Assembly: GCA_963808625.1 (NCBI GenBank)
Contig: CAWEHK010000054.1
Coordinates: 1-64,000, forward strand
Length of the DNA: 64,000 nt
Direction of reading: 5' to 3'
Source: an uncultured delta proteobacterium
GTDB lineage: Bacteria > Desulfobacterota > Syntrophobacteria > Syntrophobacterales > Syntrophobacteraceae
Below the pieces are notes generated by a model, which worked only from the letters and a program-made list of their open reading frames with translations, searched no databases and was not told the DNA's origin. This document shows positions 21,223 to 31,257 of the stretch, one piece after another (position 1 is the first letter of the stretch; the number at the start of each line of letters is the position of its first letter). The position numbers and the translations under genes were made by a program.

Positions 21223-22188
21223 ATGACGCAAGAGTTAATGGCAATAGGAAAAGGAATTAAGGGGGCGCTGCCGGCGCTCTTTGCCCCTGACGCCAGGGCC
21301 GCTGAGCGAACGATAGAGTTTTTCACCGCACAGATCAGAAACCCCAACACCCGGAAGGCATACGCACGCGCGACTGGTGAATTCGCCGCATGGTGCACGG
21401 AACACGGGATCACCGCGCTCGGCCAGGTGCGGCCGGTCCATGTCGCGGCTTATGTCGAGGGCCTGCAGAAGGAAATAGCGGCGCCCTCGGTTAAATTACG
21501 CCTCGCCGCGATCCGGATGCTGTTCGACTGGCTGGTCGTCGGCCAGGTGATGCCGGTCAACCCGGCGAGCTCGGTCCGGGGGCCTAAACATGTGGTCAAG
21601 AAAGGCAAGACGCCGGTGCTCTCAGTCGATGAAGCGCGGGCGTTGCTCGATGTGATCGACACCGGATCAACGGTCGGCCTGCGGGATCGCGCGCTTATCG
21701 GCATCATGGTCTATACCTTCGCCCGCGTCGGGGCTGCTATCAGGATGCGCGTCGAGGATGTGTATGTGCAGGGCCGCCGTACCTGGGTGCGCCTGCATGA
21801 GAAAGGCGGCAAGCGCCACGAGATGCCCTGCCACCACAACCTTGACGAATACCTGCAAGCCTATATCGAGGGGGCGCAGATCGCCACGGACGCGAAAGGC
21901 TATCTATTCCGGACGGCGCTCGGCCGCACAAAGCAGCTCTCCGAACGCCCCATGTACCAGGTGGATGTTTATCGCATGATCCGCCGGCGTGCCAAGGAGG
22001 CTGAAGTACGCACGAAAATTGGCTGTCACAGCTTTCGCGCTACGGGGATCACGGAATATCTCAGGAACGGCGGCAAGCTGGAGGTGGCACAGCAAATGGC
22101 GAACCATGAATCCGCGCGCACAACCGGCCTTTATGATCGCCGCAACGATCAGGTATCGCTCGACGAGGTTGAACGGATTCTGATTTAA
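21223..22188 (+). CDS. Tyrosine recombinase/integrase
   Basis: TFARVG, EKGGK, HSFRATG, MANHES, TTGLY catalytic motifs. Confidence 0.92.
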   Translation: MTQELMAIGKGIKGALPALFAPDARAAERTIEFFTAQIRNPNTRKAYARATGEFAAWCTEHGITALGQVRPVHVAAYVEGLQKEIAAPSVKLRLAAIRMLFDWLVVGQVMPVNPASSVRGPKHVVKKGKTPVLSVDEARALLDVIDTGSTVGLRDRALIGIMVYTFARVGAAIRMRVEDVYVQGRRTWVRLHEKGGKRHEMPCHHNLDEYLQAYIEGAQIATDAKGYLFRTALGRTKQLSERPMYQVDVYRMIRRRAKEAEVRTKIGCHSFRATGITEYLRNGGKLEVAQQMANHESARTTGLYDRRNDQVSLDEVERILI

Positions 22189-22262
22189 GACAAATGGCCG
22201 ACCCACTCATTTTCTGGAGCAGGCGCAAATAAGAAACCGGCCCCGAGGGCTGGTAAAAGGTT

Positions 22263-25118
22263 TTAAACACGGAATAACGCTGTTACTTCTTTATTCTTGC
22301 TTGTTTGGCAGCGAATAAGGTTTTTACGACAGACAACCGAATTGGGGTGCTCCGGACCGAGCGCCTTTTCAAGAATAGAAATGGCCCGCTTATATAGGAA
22401 CCCGGCTTCGCCGTATTTCCCCTGTCCTTCGTAAACTAGCGCTAGGTTGTTGAAGCTGACAGCCAAATGGGGATGATCAGGCCCTACCGCCTTTTCACAG
22501 ATCGCAATGGCTCGCTTGTAGAGAGGCTCGGCCTCGGTGTACCTGCTCTGGGAGCGGTAGAGCTCTGCTAAGTTGTTGAGGCTGGTAGCGACATCCGGGT
22601 GCTCCAGACCGAGCGCTTTTTCCCGAAGTGCAAGGCAACGCTTGTAGAGAGGCTCGGCGTCGATATATTTGCCCTGAGCGCTATAGCTCGCCGCCAGGTT
22701 GTTGAGGCTGGTAGCCAAATCTGGGTGCTCCGGACCGAGCAATTTTTCTAGGATTAAAAGGGAACGCTTAGAGAGGGGCTCGGCTTCGTTGTATTTGCCC
22801 TGAGCGAGGTAGAGCGCTGCCAGGTTGCTTAGGCTGGTAGCCAAATCTGGGTGCTTCGGACCAAACGCTTTTTCCCTGATCGCAAGGCAACGCTTGTAGA
22901 GAGGTTCGGCCTCGGTGTACCTGCCCTGGTGATAGTAGAGGATCGCCAAGTTGTTGATACTGATAGCCACATCCGGGTGCTCCAGACCGAGCGCTTTTTC
23001 CCGGACCGCGAAGGAACGCTTATGGAGGGGCTCGGCCTCGGTGTACCTGCCCTGGCTGCTGTAGAGTTCTGCCAGGTTGCTGAGGCCGTTAGCCACATCC
23101 GGGTGTTCCAGACCGAGCGCTTTTTCTAGGATTAAAAGGGAACGCTTGTAGAGAAGCTCGGCGTCGATGTACCTGCCTTGGACATGGTAGAGCAGTCCCA
23201 GATTGTTGAGGCTGTTAGCCACATGAGGATGCTCCGGACCGAGCGCTTTTTCCCGGATCGAGAGGGAACGCTTGTAGAGAGGCTCGGCCTCAGCATACCT
23301 GCCCTGGGCACGGTAGAGCTCTGCTAAGTTGTTGAGGCTGGTAGCGACATCCGGATGCTCCGGACCGAGCGCTTCTTCCCGGATCGCAAGGCAACGCTTA
23401 AAGAGGGACTCGGCCTCGTTATAATTGCCTTGGGCTAAGTAGCACGCTGCCAGGTTGTCGAGGCCTTGAGCCACATCCGGATGCTCCGGACCGAGCGCTT
23501 TTTCCCGGATTGAGACGGCACGCTTAGAGAGGGGCACGGCTTCGTTGTATTTGCCCTGAGCGCGATAGATCGCCGCCAGGTTGTTGAGGCTGTAGGCCAA
23601 ATCCGGGTGCTCTGGACCGAGAACTTTTCCCCGGATCGAGAGGGCACGCCTAGAGAGGGGCATGGCTTCGTTGTATCTGCCCTGAGCGAGGTAGAGCGCT
23701 GCCAGGCCGCTTAGGCTGGTAGCCAAATCAGGATGCTTCGGACCGAGTGCTTTTTCCCGAATCGAGAGGGCACGCTTAGAAGCGGTCTCGGCTTCGGTGT
23801 ATTTGCCCTGGGCGCTGTAAAGCACTGCCAGGTTGCTGAGGCCGTTAGCCACATCCGGGTGCTCTGGACCGAGCGCTTCTTCTAGAATGGAGAGGGCACG
23901 CTTAGAAGCGGTCCCGGCTTCGGTGTATTTGCCCTGAGCGTGATAGATACCTGCCAAATTGTGGAGACCGATAGCTACATCGAGGTGCTCAGGACCGAGC
24001 GCTTTTTCCCGAATCGAGAGACAACGCTTAAGGAGGGACTCAGCCTCGGTGTATTCGCCCTGGTCGAGGGACAGCACTGCCAGATTGTTGAGGCTGGTAG
24101 CGACATCCGGGTGCTCCAGACCGAGCGCTTTTTCCCGGATCGCAAGGGAACGCCTAAAGAGGGGCTCGGCCTCAGCGTATCTGCCCTGGGCGAGGTAGAG
24201 CGCTGCCAGATTGTTGAGGATGGCAGCCACATCCGGATGCTCCGGACCGAACGCTTTTTCTAGGATCGAAATGGAACGCTTATAGAGCGGTTCGGCTTCT
24301 CTATATTCCCCGGAACAGTACAATGCTAAAGCGGTTTGATATAGCAACTCAGGAGCATCCGGCCTCAAAAGTAAAGATTTCTGATACCAACCCGTCGCGT
24401 CAGCATAGTGCCCAGCAAAAATTTCAGTCTGGCCCCGGGCTTCATAGATTTTTGACAACTCAACTTCTTTAGTCTCTTGCGCCTGTCCTAACAGCTCTCT
24501 GGCATTCTTAAATTTCTTTTCTACAATAGCTTTCAATGCCAATGTATACGGATCAGCATTTTCCGGTATCTGATTTGCAAATTCACGAGCTCTGGGTGAA
24601 GGCTCCCTCTGAAACCTTTCCAATTGGCCTTGAAAAGAAGCAATCTGCACATCTCTAATTTCCAATTGCTTCCTTAATTCTTCCTCAATAATTCGCACGA
24701 TTTTCCCGGTATCAGACACAGACAACAATTCAAGTGAGTGAAGGAAATTTGAAAAAGCGTCAGGCTTTTTACCAGCTTCAGGAGCAATATCTTCAAATAA
24801 ATTATTAAGCTTGAGAGCTGATTCCCTCAGCTCGTCTATTATTACATCACGGCACAACCCAAGTTGTTTTTTTTCAGAAACGTCAACTCCAAGTCTTACC
24901 AGCTTTTGAACGTCAATCGTCTTACCTTGGGCTAACTTAAAAATCTCCCGCGCAAACTCATCTTCCATACACAGAACCAGCAGCTTATCAGAATGGCTTG
25001 TAAACGCCTCATGCACGGTCTCAGAAATTCTTTTTCTGAGCTGCTTATCCTGAATTGCATTCTTTATCCATGTAGATAAATGGCCAGTAAATGTTTTTAG
25101 AAAATCGTCTGGGATCAT
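22263..25118 (-). CDS. Tetratricopeptide-repeat protein with ~16 x 42-aa kinesin-light-chain-type repeats
   Basis: Repeated LGxEHPDVAxSLNNLAxLYxxQGxYxEAEPLYKR units with 126-bp periodicity. Confidence 0.92.
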   Translation of the reverse strand: MIPDDFLKTFTGHLSTWIKNAIQDKQLRKRISETVHEAFTSHSDKLLVLCMEDEFAREIFKLAQGKTIDVQKLVRLGVDVSEKKQLGLCRDVIIDELRESALKLNNLFEDIAPEAGKKPDAFSNFLHSLELLSVSDTGKIVRIIEEELRKQLEIRDVQIASFQGQLERFQREPSPRAREFANQIPENADPYTLALKAIVEKKFKNARELLGQAQETKEVELSKIYEARGQTEIFAGHYADATGWYQKSLLLRPDAPELLYQTALALYCSGEYREAEPLYKRSISILEKAFGPEHPDVAAILNNLAALYLAQGRYAEAEPLFRRSLAIREKALGLEHPDVATSLNNLAVLSLDQGEYTEAESLLKRCLSIREKALGPEHLDVAIGLHNLAGIYHAQGKYTEAGTASKRALSILEEALGPEHPDVANGLSNLAVLYSAQGKYTEAETASKRALSIREKALGPKHPDLATSLSGLAALYLAQGRYNEAMPLSRRALSIRGKVLGPEHPDLAYSLNNLAAIYRAQGKYNEAVPLSKRAVSIREKALGPEHPDVAQGLDNLAACYLAQGNYNEAESLFKRCLAIREEALGPEHPDVATSLNNLAELYRAQGRYAEAEPLYKRSLSIREKALGPEHPHVANSLNNLGLLYHVQGRYIDAELLYKRSLLILEKALGLEHPDVANGLSNLAELYSSQGRYTEAEPLHKRSFAVREKALGLEHPDVAISINNLAILYYHQGRYTEAEPLYKRCLAIREKAFGPKHPDLATSLSNLAALYLAQGKYNEAEPLSKRSLLILEKLLGPEHPDLATSLNNLAASYSAQGKYIDAEPLYKRCLALREKALGLEHPDVATSLNNLAELYRSQSRYTEAEPLYKRAIAICEKAVGPDHPHLAVSFNNLALVYEGQGKYGEAGFLYKRAISILEKALGPEHPNSVVCRKNLIRCQTSKNKEVTALFRV

Positions 25119-25149
25119 CCCATTCCCTCTACTAAATCACTCATTGAGG

Positions 25150-25672
25150 TATCACCGCCAAAGCCTCTCGAACCTGGCCGGATTGGCCGCCGTGTAAATA
25201 ACGGTGTGCTGAATGTTCCTGTGCCCCAAGTAATCCTGAATCAACTGCGTGTCCGCGCCCTGGTCGGCCAGGGCAAATCAGCAAGCATGGCGCAGCATGT
25301 GCGGGTGGGCGGGCAGGGGCAGCCCGGCCCGCTCGCCATAATCGCGGATCGCAGCCCAAGCTCTCTTGCGGCTAAGAAGCGTGCGGCGCTCGCTTACAAA
25401 AAAAGCATCTGTTTGGAGCTTCATTTTCGCACGGATCGCCAACCATGTCTTGATAACTTTGATTTTCATCCGCGCGGAGTGGGTGCGTGGTGGAGAGTCC
25501 TTTTTTGAGCCGCACAATGTGCAGCACGCGGCTTTCGGAGTCCACCTGGGAACGCTTGAGCCCGCACGCTTCGGAAATTCGCAAGCAGTGCCGGAACATC
25601 AAAACCAAAAGTCAGCGATCCCGAATTTCATTCCGGCTGCCCTTGGTCGCACAGATTAGCTTGTCCACCTCT
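25150..25672 (-). pseudogene. Degenerate FimB/FimE-like tyrosine recombinase
   Basis: Fragments LMFRHCLRISEAC, KGLSTTHP, HPHMLRHAC in different frames, in-frame stop, missing N-terminus; paralogous to 26211-26765. Confidence 0.75.
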
Positions 25673-26210
25673 ATGGATTCAGCATCAGACAAGAGTCCTT
25701 ATGTATAATCTAAAGAGTTTCCCCCTTTCCCATCTGCAGCAACTATTTTGCGCCCGCCGTGATAAGCAGTCCCGTTACTGCTTCACGTAGGTTACCATCT
25801 TCGATAATAACATTTGAGCCGATCCACATTGAGAATCCAATGCCAAACATTACCAGTGGTTTCTTGAAGTGGCTTCGGCCTGGGCCTACATCAGACAGAA
25901 TACAACAAATTGTCTAGTGTTCCTTGGAGCGAACACAGTCCTTAAACCAGACTCATTTTCACGTGTAAGCATTCTCCTCGATTTAGAAAGCGCTTGGCCA
26001 TTGACCGGTTAGTACACCACGGCGACACTGGGGCTCTTCCGATTGATCAGCGAATGTCCGCGGCCAATTCTGTCTCGCCGGCAGACATCCACCTGGTGCA
26101 GACCTGCAATCTCGGCTGGCGATGAGCTCGCTTTATGGTTTTTCAGCTGCCCCTGTCTAGAATCTCAAGCAACATATAATATTTCCACAAGCTAGAATCC
26201 CGTGGCATGT

Positions 26211-26765
26211 TCATTCTCTCCAAAGTCTCTCAAATCGGGCCGGATTGGTCGCCGTGTAAATGACGGTATGCCGGATGTCGCGGTGTCCCAGATAGTCCTG
26301 AATCAGCCGGGTGTCAGCCCCTTGATCCGCCAGGGCGAAGCCGCAACCGTGCCTGAGCTGGTGAGGGTGGGTGGGCAGGGCAAGCCCGGCCTTTTCACCA
26401 TAGTTCCGGACCGCCAGCCATGCGGTCTTGCGGTTTAACGGACCACGCCGCTCACTGACAAAGAAAGCGTCCGTCTCCGGGTTCATTTTCGCACGGATTA
26501 CAAGCCATGTCTTGATAACTTTGATCTCGTCGGGCCTTAGCGGGTGCGTCGTGGACAATCCCTTTTTCAGCCGCGCGACGTGCAGGACGCGGCTTTCGGT
26601 GTCCACCTGTGACAACGAAAGCCCGCAGGCCTCCGACACGCGCAAGCCATGCCGGAACATCAGCAGCAAAAGGCATCGGTCGCGGGCCTCGTTACGGCTG
26701 CCCTTGGCGGCGGCAATCAGCTTGTCAACCTCGGTGGCGGTGAGGTGTTTGCGGTCGTCTCTCAT
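26211..26765 (-). CDS. FimB/FimE-like small tyrosine recombinase
   Basis: HGLRVSE, RLKKGLSTTHP, HPHQLRHGCGFALA, IQDYLGHRDIRHTVIY. Confidence 0.88.
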   Translation of the reverse strand: MRDDRKHLTATEVDKLIAAAKGSRNEARDRCLLLLMFRHGLRVSEACGLSLSQVDTESRVLHVARLKKGLSTTHPLRPDEIKVIKTWLVIRAKMNPETDAFFVSERRGPLNRKTAWLAVRNYGEKAGLALPTHPHQLRHGCGFALADQGADTRLIQDYLGHRDIRHTVIYTATNPARFERLWRE

Positions 26766-27085
26766 TTGGCATGCGGCCTGTGGGCGGCCACGTAAGCCTT
26801 GAGAACCGCTTGCATTCGCACAATATGCCCTTTGCCGTGCGCTTTAAAAAAGTCGATAACGTCCTGCTCAAGCCGCAGGTGCACGGATTGCTTTGGAGCC
26901 GACAAAACCAGCTTGGCTCGCGTCCAGTCGGGCTTTAAGTCCCGCTCATCTTCATCCTCGGCAATCCGCCGTTCGAGTTCCTCATCCGTCATGGCGTCCA
27001 CCTTGGTCAAATCGGTGCGGCTGTCCGCACGTTTGACTTTAAGCTCCGCCGCCGTATAGCTCTTGATATTTTTGTCTCGCTTCAT
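26762..27085 (-). CDS. BrnA-family antitoxin
   Basis: KQSVHLRLEQDVIDFFK...RMQAVLKAYV. Confidence 0.85.
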   Translation of the reverse strand: MKRDKNIKSYTAAELKVKRADSRTDLTKVDAMTDEELERRIAEDEDERDLKPDWTRAKLVLSAPKQSVHLRLEQDVIDFFKAHGKGHIVRMQAVLKAYVAAHRPHAK

Positions 27086-27218
27086 GGCGCGCTCTCCGAA
27101 AGGAAATGACCCTGATAGCCTCGCTTCGGATCGTACAAACCACCGTCACGTAACGCCCTTCAAAAGTCCCTATGGCTAGAAATCGCTGTTCCTCCCCGCG
27201 GAAATTCGAAGGCACCTT
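27039..27218 (-). pseudogene. 5'-truncated BrnT toxin
   Basis: GEEQRFLAIG...IRVISFRRARHEARQKY; no N-terminus before the neighbouring gene. Confidence 0.7.
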
Positions 27219-27230
27219 ATTGGGCCTCGC

Positions 27231-28055
27231 TTAAGGGCTTGGCGGATTCTTTTTGTAGTACTCGAACATGGCCACCGAGATTTCCGTGCTCGTCGGCCAG
27301 TGGCCGCGTCGTTGCCCGGCATGGGTTGTGTAATCCTCCAGGTGGTCGGGGTCGGGCTGCACCACCTTACCGTCTTTCAGGAACAACAAACCGATTTTTT
27401 CCGTCGGCATGCGCATAACAAAGGCTTCGGCTTCGTCCAAAGCCTGCCGAAACTGTGTCATGGTCACGGCGGGATCTATGGGCGGGTCGCTTGCCACGCG
27501 GCGAAAATCGGCTTCCGTGTACCGCGCAAGGCGGCGGACTTCGTTAATAAGGCCTTCGGGCGTAAATCCCAAGGACTTGCCGACAGCTGCCCAGATGACG
27601 GCGCCCAAAGGCAATACGTGCTCGTGGATCATCACCAGGTCGACTGCGTCGCGCGGTTCCCGCCGTCCGGCTGCCGCCATGATCTTGCTGGTGGCAAGGT
27701 CGATCGGGTGCAGCACGTAACCAAAAAGCTCGCTGCGCTGCACCGGAAAAAAGCGAAAATCGCTATCGAAGACCCATTCGAGTTTTGTTGACTCGTCACC
27801 GCGCCGGATAAGAACGGAATAGAAGTTGAGTTCGCGCCGAAGCCATTGCAGGGTAAATCCTTGTGCCTGCAGGACTGCGCTATCCTCTTCGGCGGCACGT
27901 GCAACGCGTTCCTCTCGATCATGGAAAAAATCAATATCGCCGGAAAACCGTGGGGCATTCCAGTTCAAGGGTGTGCTTCCGGCGACATAGCTTTCCGGAT
28001 CGCGGTGCGATGCCAGCAAGCGCAGAATGTCTGATTGAAGTCTAGACAGCGGCAC
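27231..28055 (-). CDS. AbiEii-like nucleotidyltransferase
   Basis: YVAGST...RFSGDIDFF, KIMAAAGRREPRD. Confidence 0.7.
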   Translation of the reverse strand: MPLSRLQSDILRLLASHRDPESYVAGSTPLNWNAPRFSGDIDFFHDREERVARAAEEDSAVLQAQGFTLQWLRRELNFYSVLIRRGDESTKLEWVFDSDFRFFPVQRSELFGYVLHPIDLATSKIMAAAGRREPRDAVDLVMIHEHVLPLGAVIWAAVGKSLGFTPEGLINEVRRLARYTEADFRRVASDPPIDPAVTMTQFRQALDEAEAFVMRMPTEKIGLLFLKDGKVVQPDPDHLEDYTTHAGQRRGHWPTSTEISVAMFEYYKKNPPSP

Positions 28056-28257
28056 GGCACGCCTTCTCGATCTGCTCGGCCAAACGCCGCGCTCCCAGGT
28101 CGCCTTCGACGCGCAAACTTCGGGTAATGGCGAGTGCGTCTTCGCACGTCGGATCAGGCACAGGCCGGCTGCTCCACAACGCGGACGCTCCGTAATCCTT
28201 GAAGGCGCGACGGTAGAGGGTCACGATGTCCTCGGTCTGTTCGTTTTCTGTGTTCAT
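28042..28257 (-). CDS. Small partner (putative antitoxin) of the AbiEii-like gene
   Basis: Overlapping upstream small ORF; YGASALWS. Confidence 0.6.
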   Translation of the reverse strand: MNTENEQTEDIVTLYRRAFKDYGASALWSSRPVPDPTCEDALAITRSLRVEGDLGARRLAEQIEKACRAAV

Positions 28258-28269
28258 AGTACTTCCATA

Positions 28270-29847
28270 TTAACGTGTTGCGTCATTTTGTCCATTGCTC
28301 AGGAGGTCTCTGGTAATCTGGACACCCGCTTTGTCTATTCCCAGCTCCGGCCAGCGGCGGGCAAGCTCGACCAGGATCCGGACGCCAAAACCGGTGGCGC
28401 CCTTGGGGGCGGCAAGGAGGTCTTTTTCCGTCCAGGCCGTGCCGGCGATGTCCAGGTGCACCCAGGGCACATCGTCAGGGACGAACTGTTTCAGAAAGAT
28501 CCCGCCGACAATGGTCCCGGCCGACCGCTCGCCCACGTTCTTGAAGTCGGCGATATCGCTTTTAATATTCTCGAAATAAAGGTCCCACAAGGGGAGCGGC
28601 CACAGCTTTTCGCCGACCTGGGCACCGATATCCTGAATTTTCCGGACCAGGTCTTCATGGTTTCCCATCACTCCCGCCACCTGATTGCCAAGGGCCACGA
28701 TGCAGGCCCCCGTCAGGGTGGCGAGATCGACGATTGCGGCCGGATGGGAGGTGAGCGCGTAGGTCAGGGCGTCACAGAGGATCATGCGCCCTTCGGCGTC
28801 GGTGCTGATGACTTCGATCGTCAGGTTGGCCATCGAGTTGATGACATCTCCCGGCTTGTAAGCCTTGCCGCCCGGCATGTTTTCCGTGCACGGGAGAATG
28901 CCGACGACGTGCCTCTGGACGTTGGCCCCACCCAGGATTTCGAAGGTGCCGAGGACGGCGGCGGCCCCGGCCATGTCCTGTTTCATCATCTCCAGTTTGG
29001 CGCTTGGCTTGAGCGAAATCCCTCCCGTATCGAAGGTGATTCCCTTCCCCACAAAGACCAGCGGCTTCTCCTGCTCCGTCCCGGCAGGAACGTGCTCCAG
29101 GACAATCACATAGGCCGGCTCCCGGCTCCCCTGGGCAACGGCCAGGAAGGCCCTCATCCCCATTTCCTCGGCGGCATTCGTGTCGATCACCCGGAGGTGG
29201 AAACCATGAGTCTCCGCCAGGGTGCGCGCCATGCTCACGATGAATCCCGGCGTCACCTGGTTGGCCGGGGCGGTAACCAGGTCGCGAGTCAAGATCACTC
29301 CCGAGACCACGGCATTGGCAAAGACACAGACCTGGCGCAACACATCGTCTGGCTCCTCCTCGGCCAGGAGCACGAGTTTTTCAGGGTAAGCGACAGCGTC
29401 AACATCTCTCGTCTTCAGGGCATCGAAACGATACAGCCCGAGCGCTCCGGCAATAAGGACCTCTTCCAGCGGCGTTGCGGTCTCACAGGGCAGCCCGTCG
29501 AAAGCGGAGAGAGGAAGGGCAGCCGTGGTGAGCTTCAATTCGCGACATTTCCTCAGCCCCACAACGGCCGCCCCGCGCAGTTTGTCCATATCGAATTTTT
29601 CTGCCGGCCCCAGTCCCACCTGAACCACCCTGGAGATCCTGGCGTCGGCTGGTCCGTAGTGCACTGTAACGTCCTGGAATTTGCTGCGGAAATCGTTGAA
29701 TGCGAGGGAGCCGGAAAGCCATCCGCCGCTTTGTTCCAGCCAACGTTTAAAACCGGGGAGGAGTTCGGGGGACTCCTCAAAGCTGAAAAAGAGCACGGCA
29801 TCAGCCTGCCAATCTGAGACAGGGGCGATTTGCCAGTCGACTTTCAT
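28270..29847 (-). CDS. pepA: Leucyl aminopeptidase (M17)
   Basis: GKGITFDTGG, MKQDMAG, STDAEGR, ATLTGA, HLDIAG. Confidence 0.95.
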   Translation of the reverse strand: MKVDWQIAPVSDWQADAVLFFSFEESPELLPGFKRWLEQSGGWLSGSLAFNDFRSKFQDVTVHYGPADARISRVVQVGLGPAEKFDMDKLRGAAVVGLRKCRELKLTTAALPLSAFDGLPCETATPLEEVLIAGALGLYRFDALKTRDVDAVAYPEKLVLLAEEEPDDVLRQVCVFANAVVSGVILTRDLVTAPANQVTPGFIVSMARTLAETHGFHLRVIDTNAAEEMGMRAFLAVAQGSREPAYVIVLEHVPAGTEQEKPLVFVGKGITFDTGGISLKPSAKLEMMKQDMAGAAAVLGTFEILGGANVQRHVVGILPCTENMPGGKAYKPGDVINSMANLTIEVISTDAEGRMILCDALTYALTSHPAAIVDLATLTGACIVALGNQVAGVMGNHEDLVRKIQDIGAQVGEKLWPLPLWDLYFENIKSDIADFKNVGERSAGTIVGGIFLKQFVPDDVPWVHLDIAGTAWTEKDLLAAPKGATGFGVRILVELARRWPELGIDKAGVQITRDLLSNGQNDATR

Positions 29848-29885
29848 AGGTCCCTCCTTGGGATGGATACTGAAAATATTATCTT

Positions 29886-29971
29886 TCACCGCAGAGACGC
29901 AGACGACGCAGAGGACACAGAGACTTCCTCCTGAAGCTCTTTCTCTGCGCTCTCTGCGTCTCTGCGGTGAG
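29886..29971. repeat. 9-mer palindromic element (TCACCGCAGAGACGCAG.../...CTGCGTCTCTGCGGTGA)
   Basis: Inverted arms read directly. Confidence 0.8.
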
Positions 29972-29983
29972 AATTTTCTTCCC

Positions 29984-30907
29984 TCAAAGCGGCATGAGTT
30001 CCATCACCCCGCTCTCCCCATCGAAAAAGAGGAGGCGCTCGGCATACGCAGGGTTCCTTCCTGCCAGCAGGCGAATGGCCTCAAAGGCCTGGAGACTCGC
30101 GATGACCGAAGGCGCCGGCCCCAGCACACCCATGGCGATTTCGGTTGGATCGCGAGACTTTCTCGTGCCGTAAATGGCTGACAAGTCGTGACGTGACCCC
30201 GGCATGAAGGTGCTGATCTGCCCCCACCAGCCGGTGGCGGCGGCATGAATGAAGGGAATTTCAAGACGGCGGGAAACTGCTGCGAGCAGAAATCGTGTGG
30301 GGAGATTATCCAGGGCGTCCAGGACCAAATCCATTCCGCGGAGCAAGTCGTCAGCGTTGCTCTCGACGAGGATTTCGGGGAAGGCCTCAACCTCGAGCAA
30401 AGGATTGATGGCACGGACCTGCTCCTCGGCGACGCGGGCTTTCGGCTGTGAGAGGTGCCGGGTATCACAGAGCCACTGCCGGTTCAAATTTGAGGGAGCG
30501 AAGGCATCGCCATCCACCAGCCGCAGCAGCCCGACGCCGACCCGGGCCAGCAGATTGACCAGGACCCCACCCAGGCCGCCGCAGCCGCAGATCAGGACGC
30601 TGCTTCGGCAAATGCGGGTTTGCTCGGCGAGGGTTAAGGCATCGAAATTCTTTACATACCGTAAGGGGACAATGCCGGCCTCCAAGGCGTCGATCTGTGC
30701 AGCTCGGGGATTGATGCCGTTTTCAAGAGACCATTCCAGGAGCTCCCGGTCCTCTATCACCAGCCGGGACAGGCCGTCTTCTTCCGTGCGATAAGCCCTG
30801 TCGATAAGCTTCAATGTGCCCTCGTCAAACCTTGGATGTGTCTTGCAGCATGAGCAAACAACCCAACCATAATGGCCTGACGCCGTAAGCTTTGAATCAT
30901 TGCGCAA
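29984..30907 (-). CDS. ThiF/MoeB/HesA-family adenylyltransferase (start uncertain)
   Basis: GCGGLG, DGDAFAPSNLNRQ, DALDN. Confidence 0.88.
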   Translation of the reverse strand: MRNDSKLTASGHYGWVVCSCCKTHPRFDEGTLKLIDRAYRTEEDGLSRLVIEDRELLEWSLENGINPRAAQIDALEAGIVPLRYVKNFDALTLAEQTRICRSSVLICGCGGLGGVLVNLLARVGVGLLRLVDGDAFAPSNLNRQWLCDTRHLSQPKARVAEEQVRAINPLLEVEAFPEILVESNADDLLRGMDLVLDALDNLPTRFLLAAVSRRLEIPFIHAAATGWWGQISTFMPGSRHDLSAIYGTRKSRDPTEIAMGVLGPAPSVIASLQAFEAIRLLAGRNPAYAERLLFFDGESGVMELMPL

Positions 30908-31167
30908 GCCGGGATATCTTTCAGAGGGGAATGACCGGAAACAACCCCCGTTTTTACTGTTATCATGGATTTAGATTTATTTTCAATAGCATCACGAAAC
31001 CTCCGGCACTCAACACTCAACACTGAGTAAATTCGTCTCACTCAAACTCAGCCATTTCTGGATTGCTGTAACGTTTTGTTGCAGTCGCAAGAAGCCCCTT
31101 TTCCCAAGCAACAGAGATTTAATAAGAATATCAACCCACTCATCAATCCAAAGGTTGGCACTTTGTC

Positions 31168-31183
31168 TTGGCACAACTATTGC
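31168..31183 (+). promoter_or_regulatory. Sigma-54 (-24/-12) promoter
   Basis: TTGGCACAACTATTGC matches TGGCAC-N5-TTGC; ~75 bp upstream of the lipoprotein start. Confidence 0.75.
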
Positions 31184-31257
31184 CTTTATGGTCAAACCGG
31201 CCTTGTCCATTCCAGGTCAAGGCTTCCCTTCCCCATAACCCAAAAGGAGATAGTGGT

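Noticed and set aside
22300..24300. 126-bp periodic repeats as a CRISPR array or DGR
   Set aside because: They are in-frame TPR coding repeats; no unique spacers, cas genes or reverse transcriptase are present
28288..29817. Long antisense ORFs (also 2240-3511, 8608-9810, 59400-60755)
   Set aside because: Shadow frames opposite well-supported genes in GC-rich DNA
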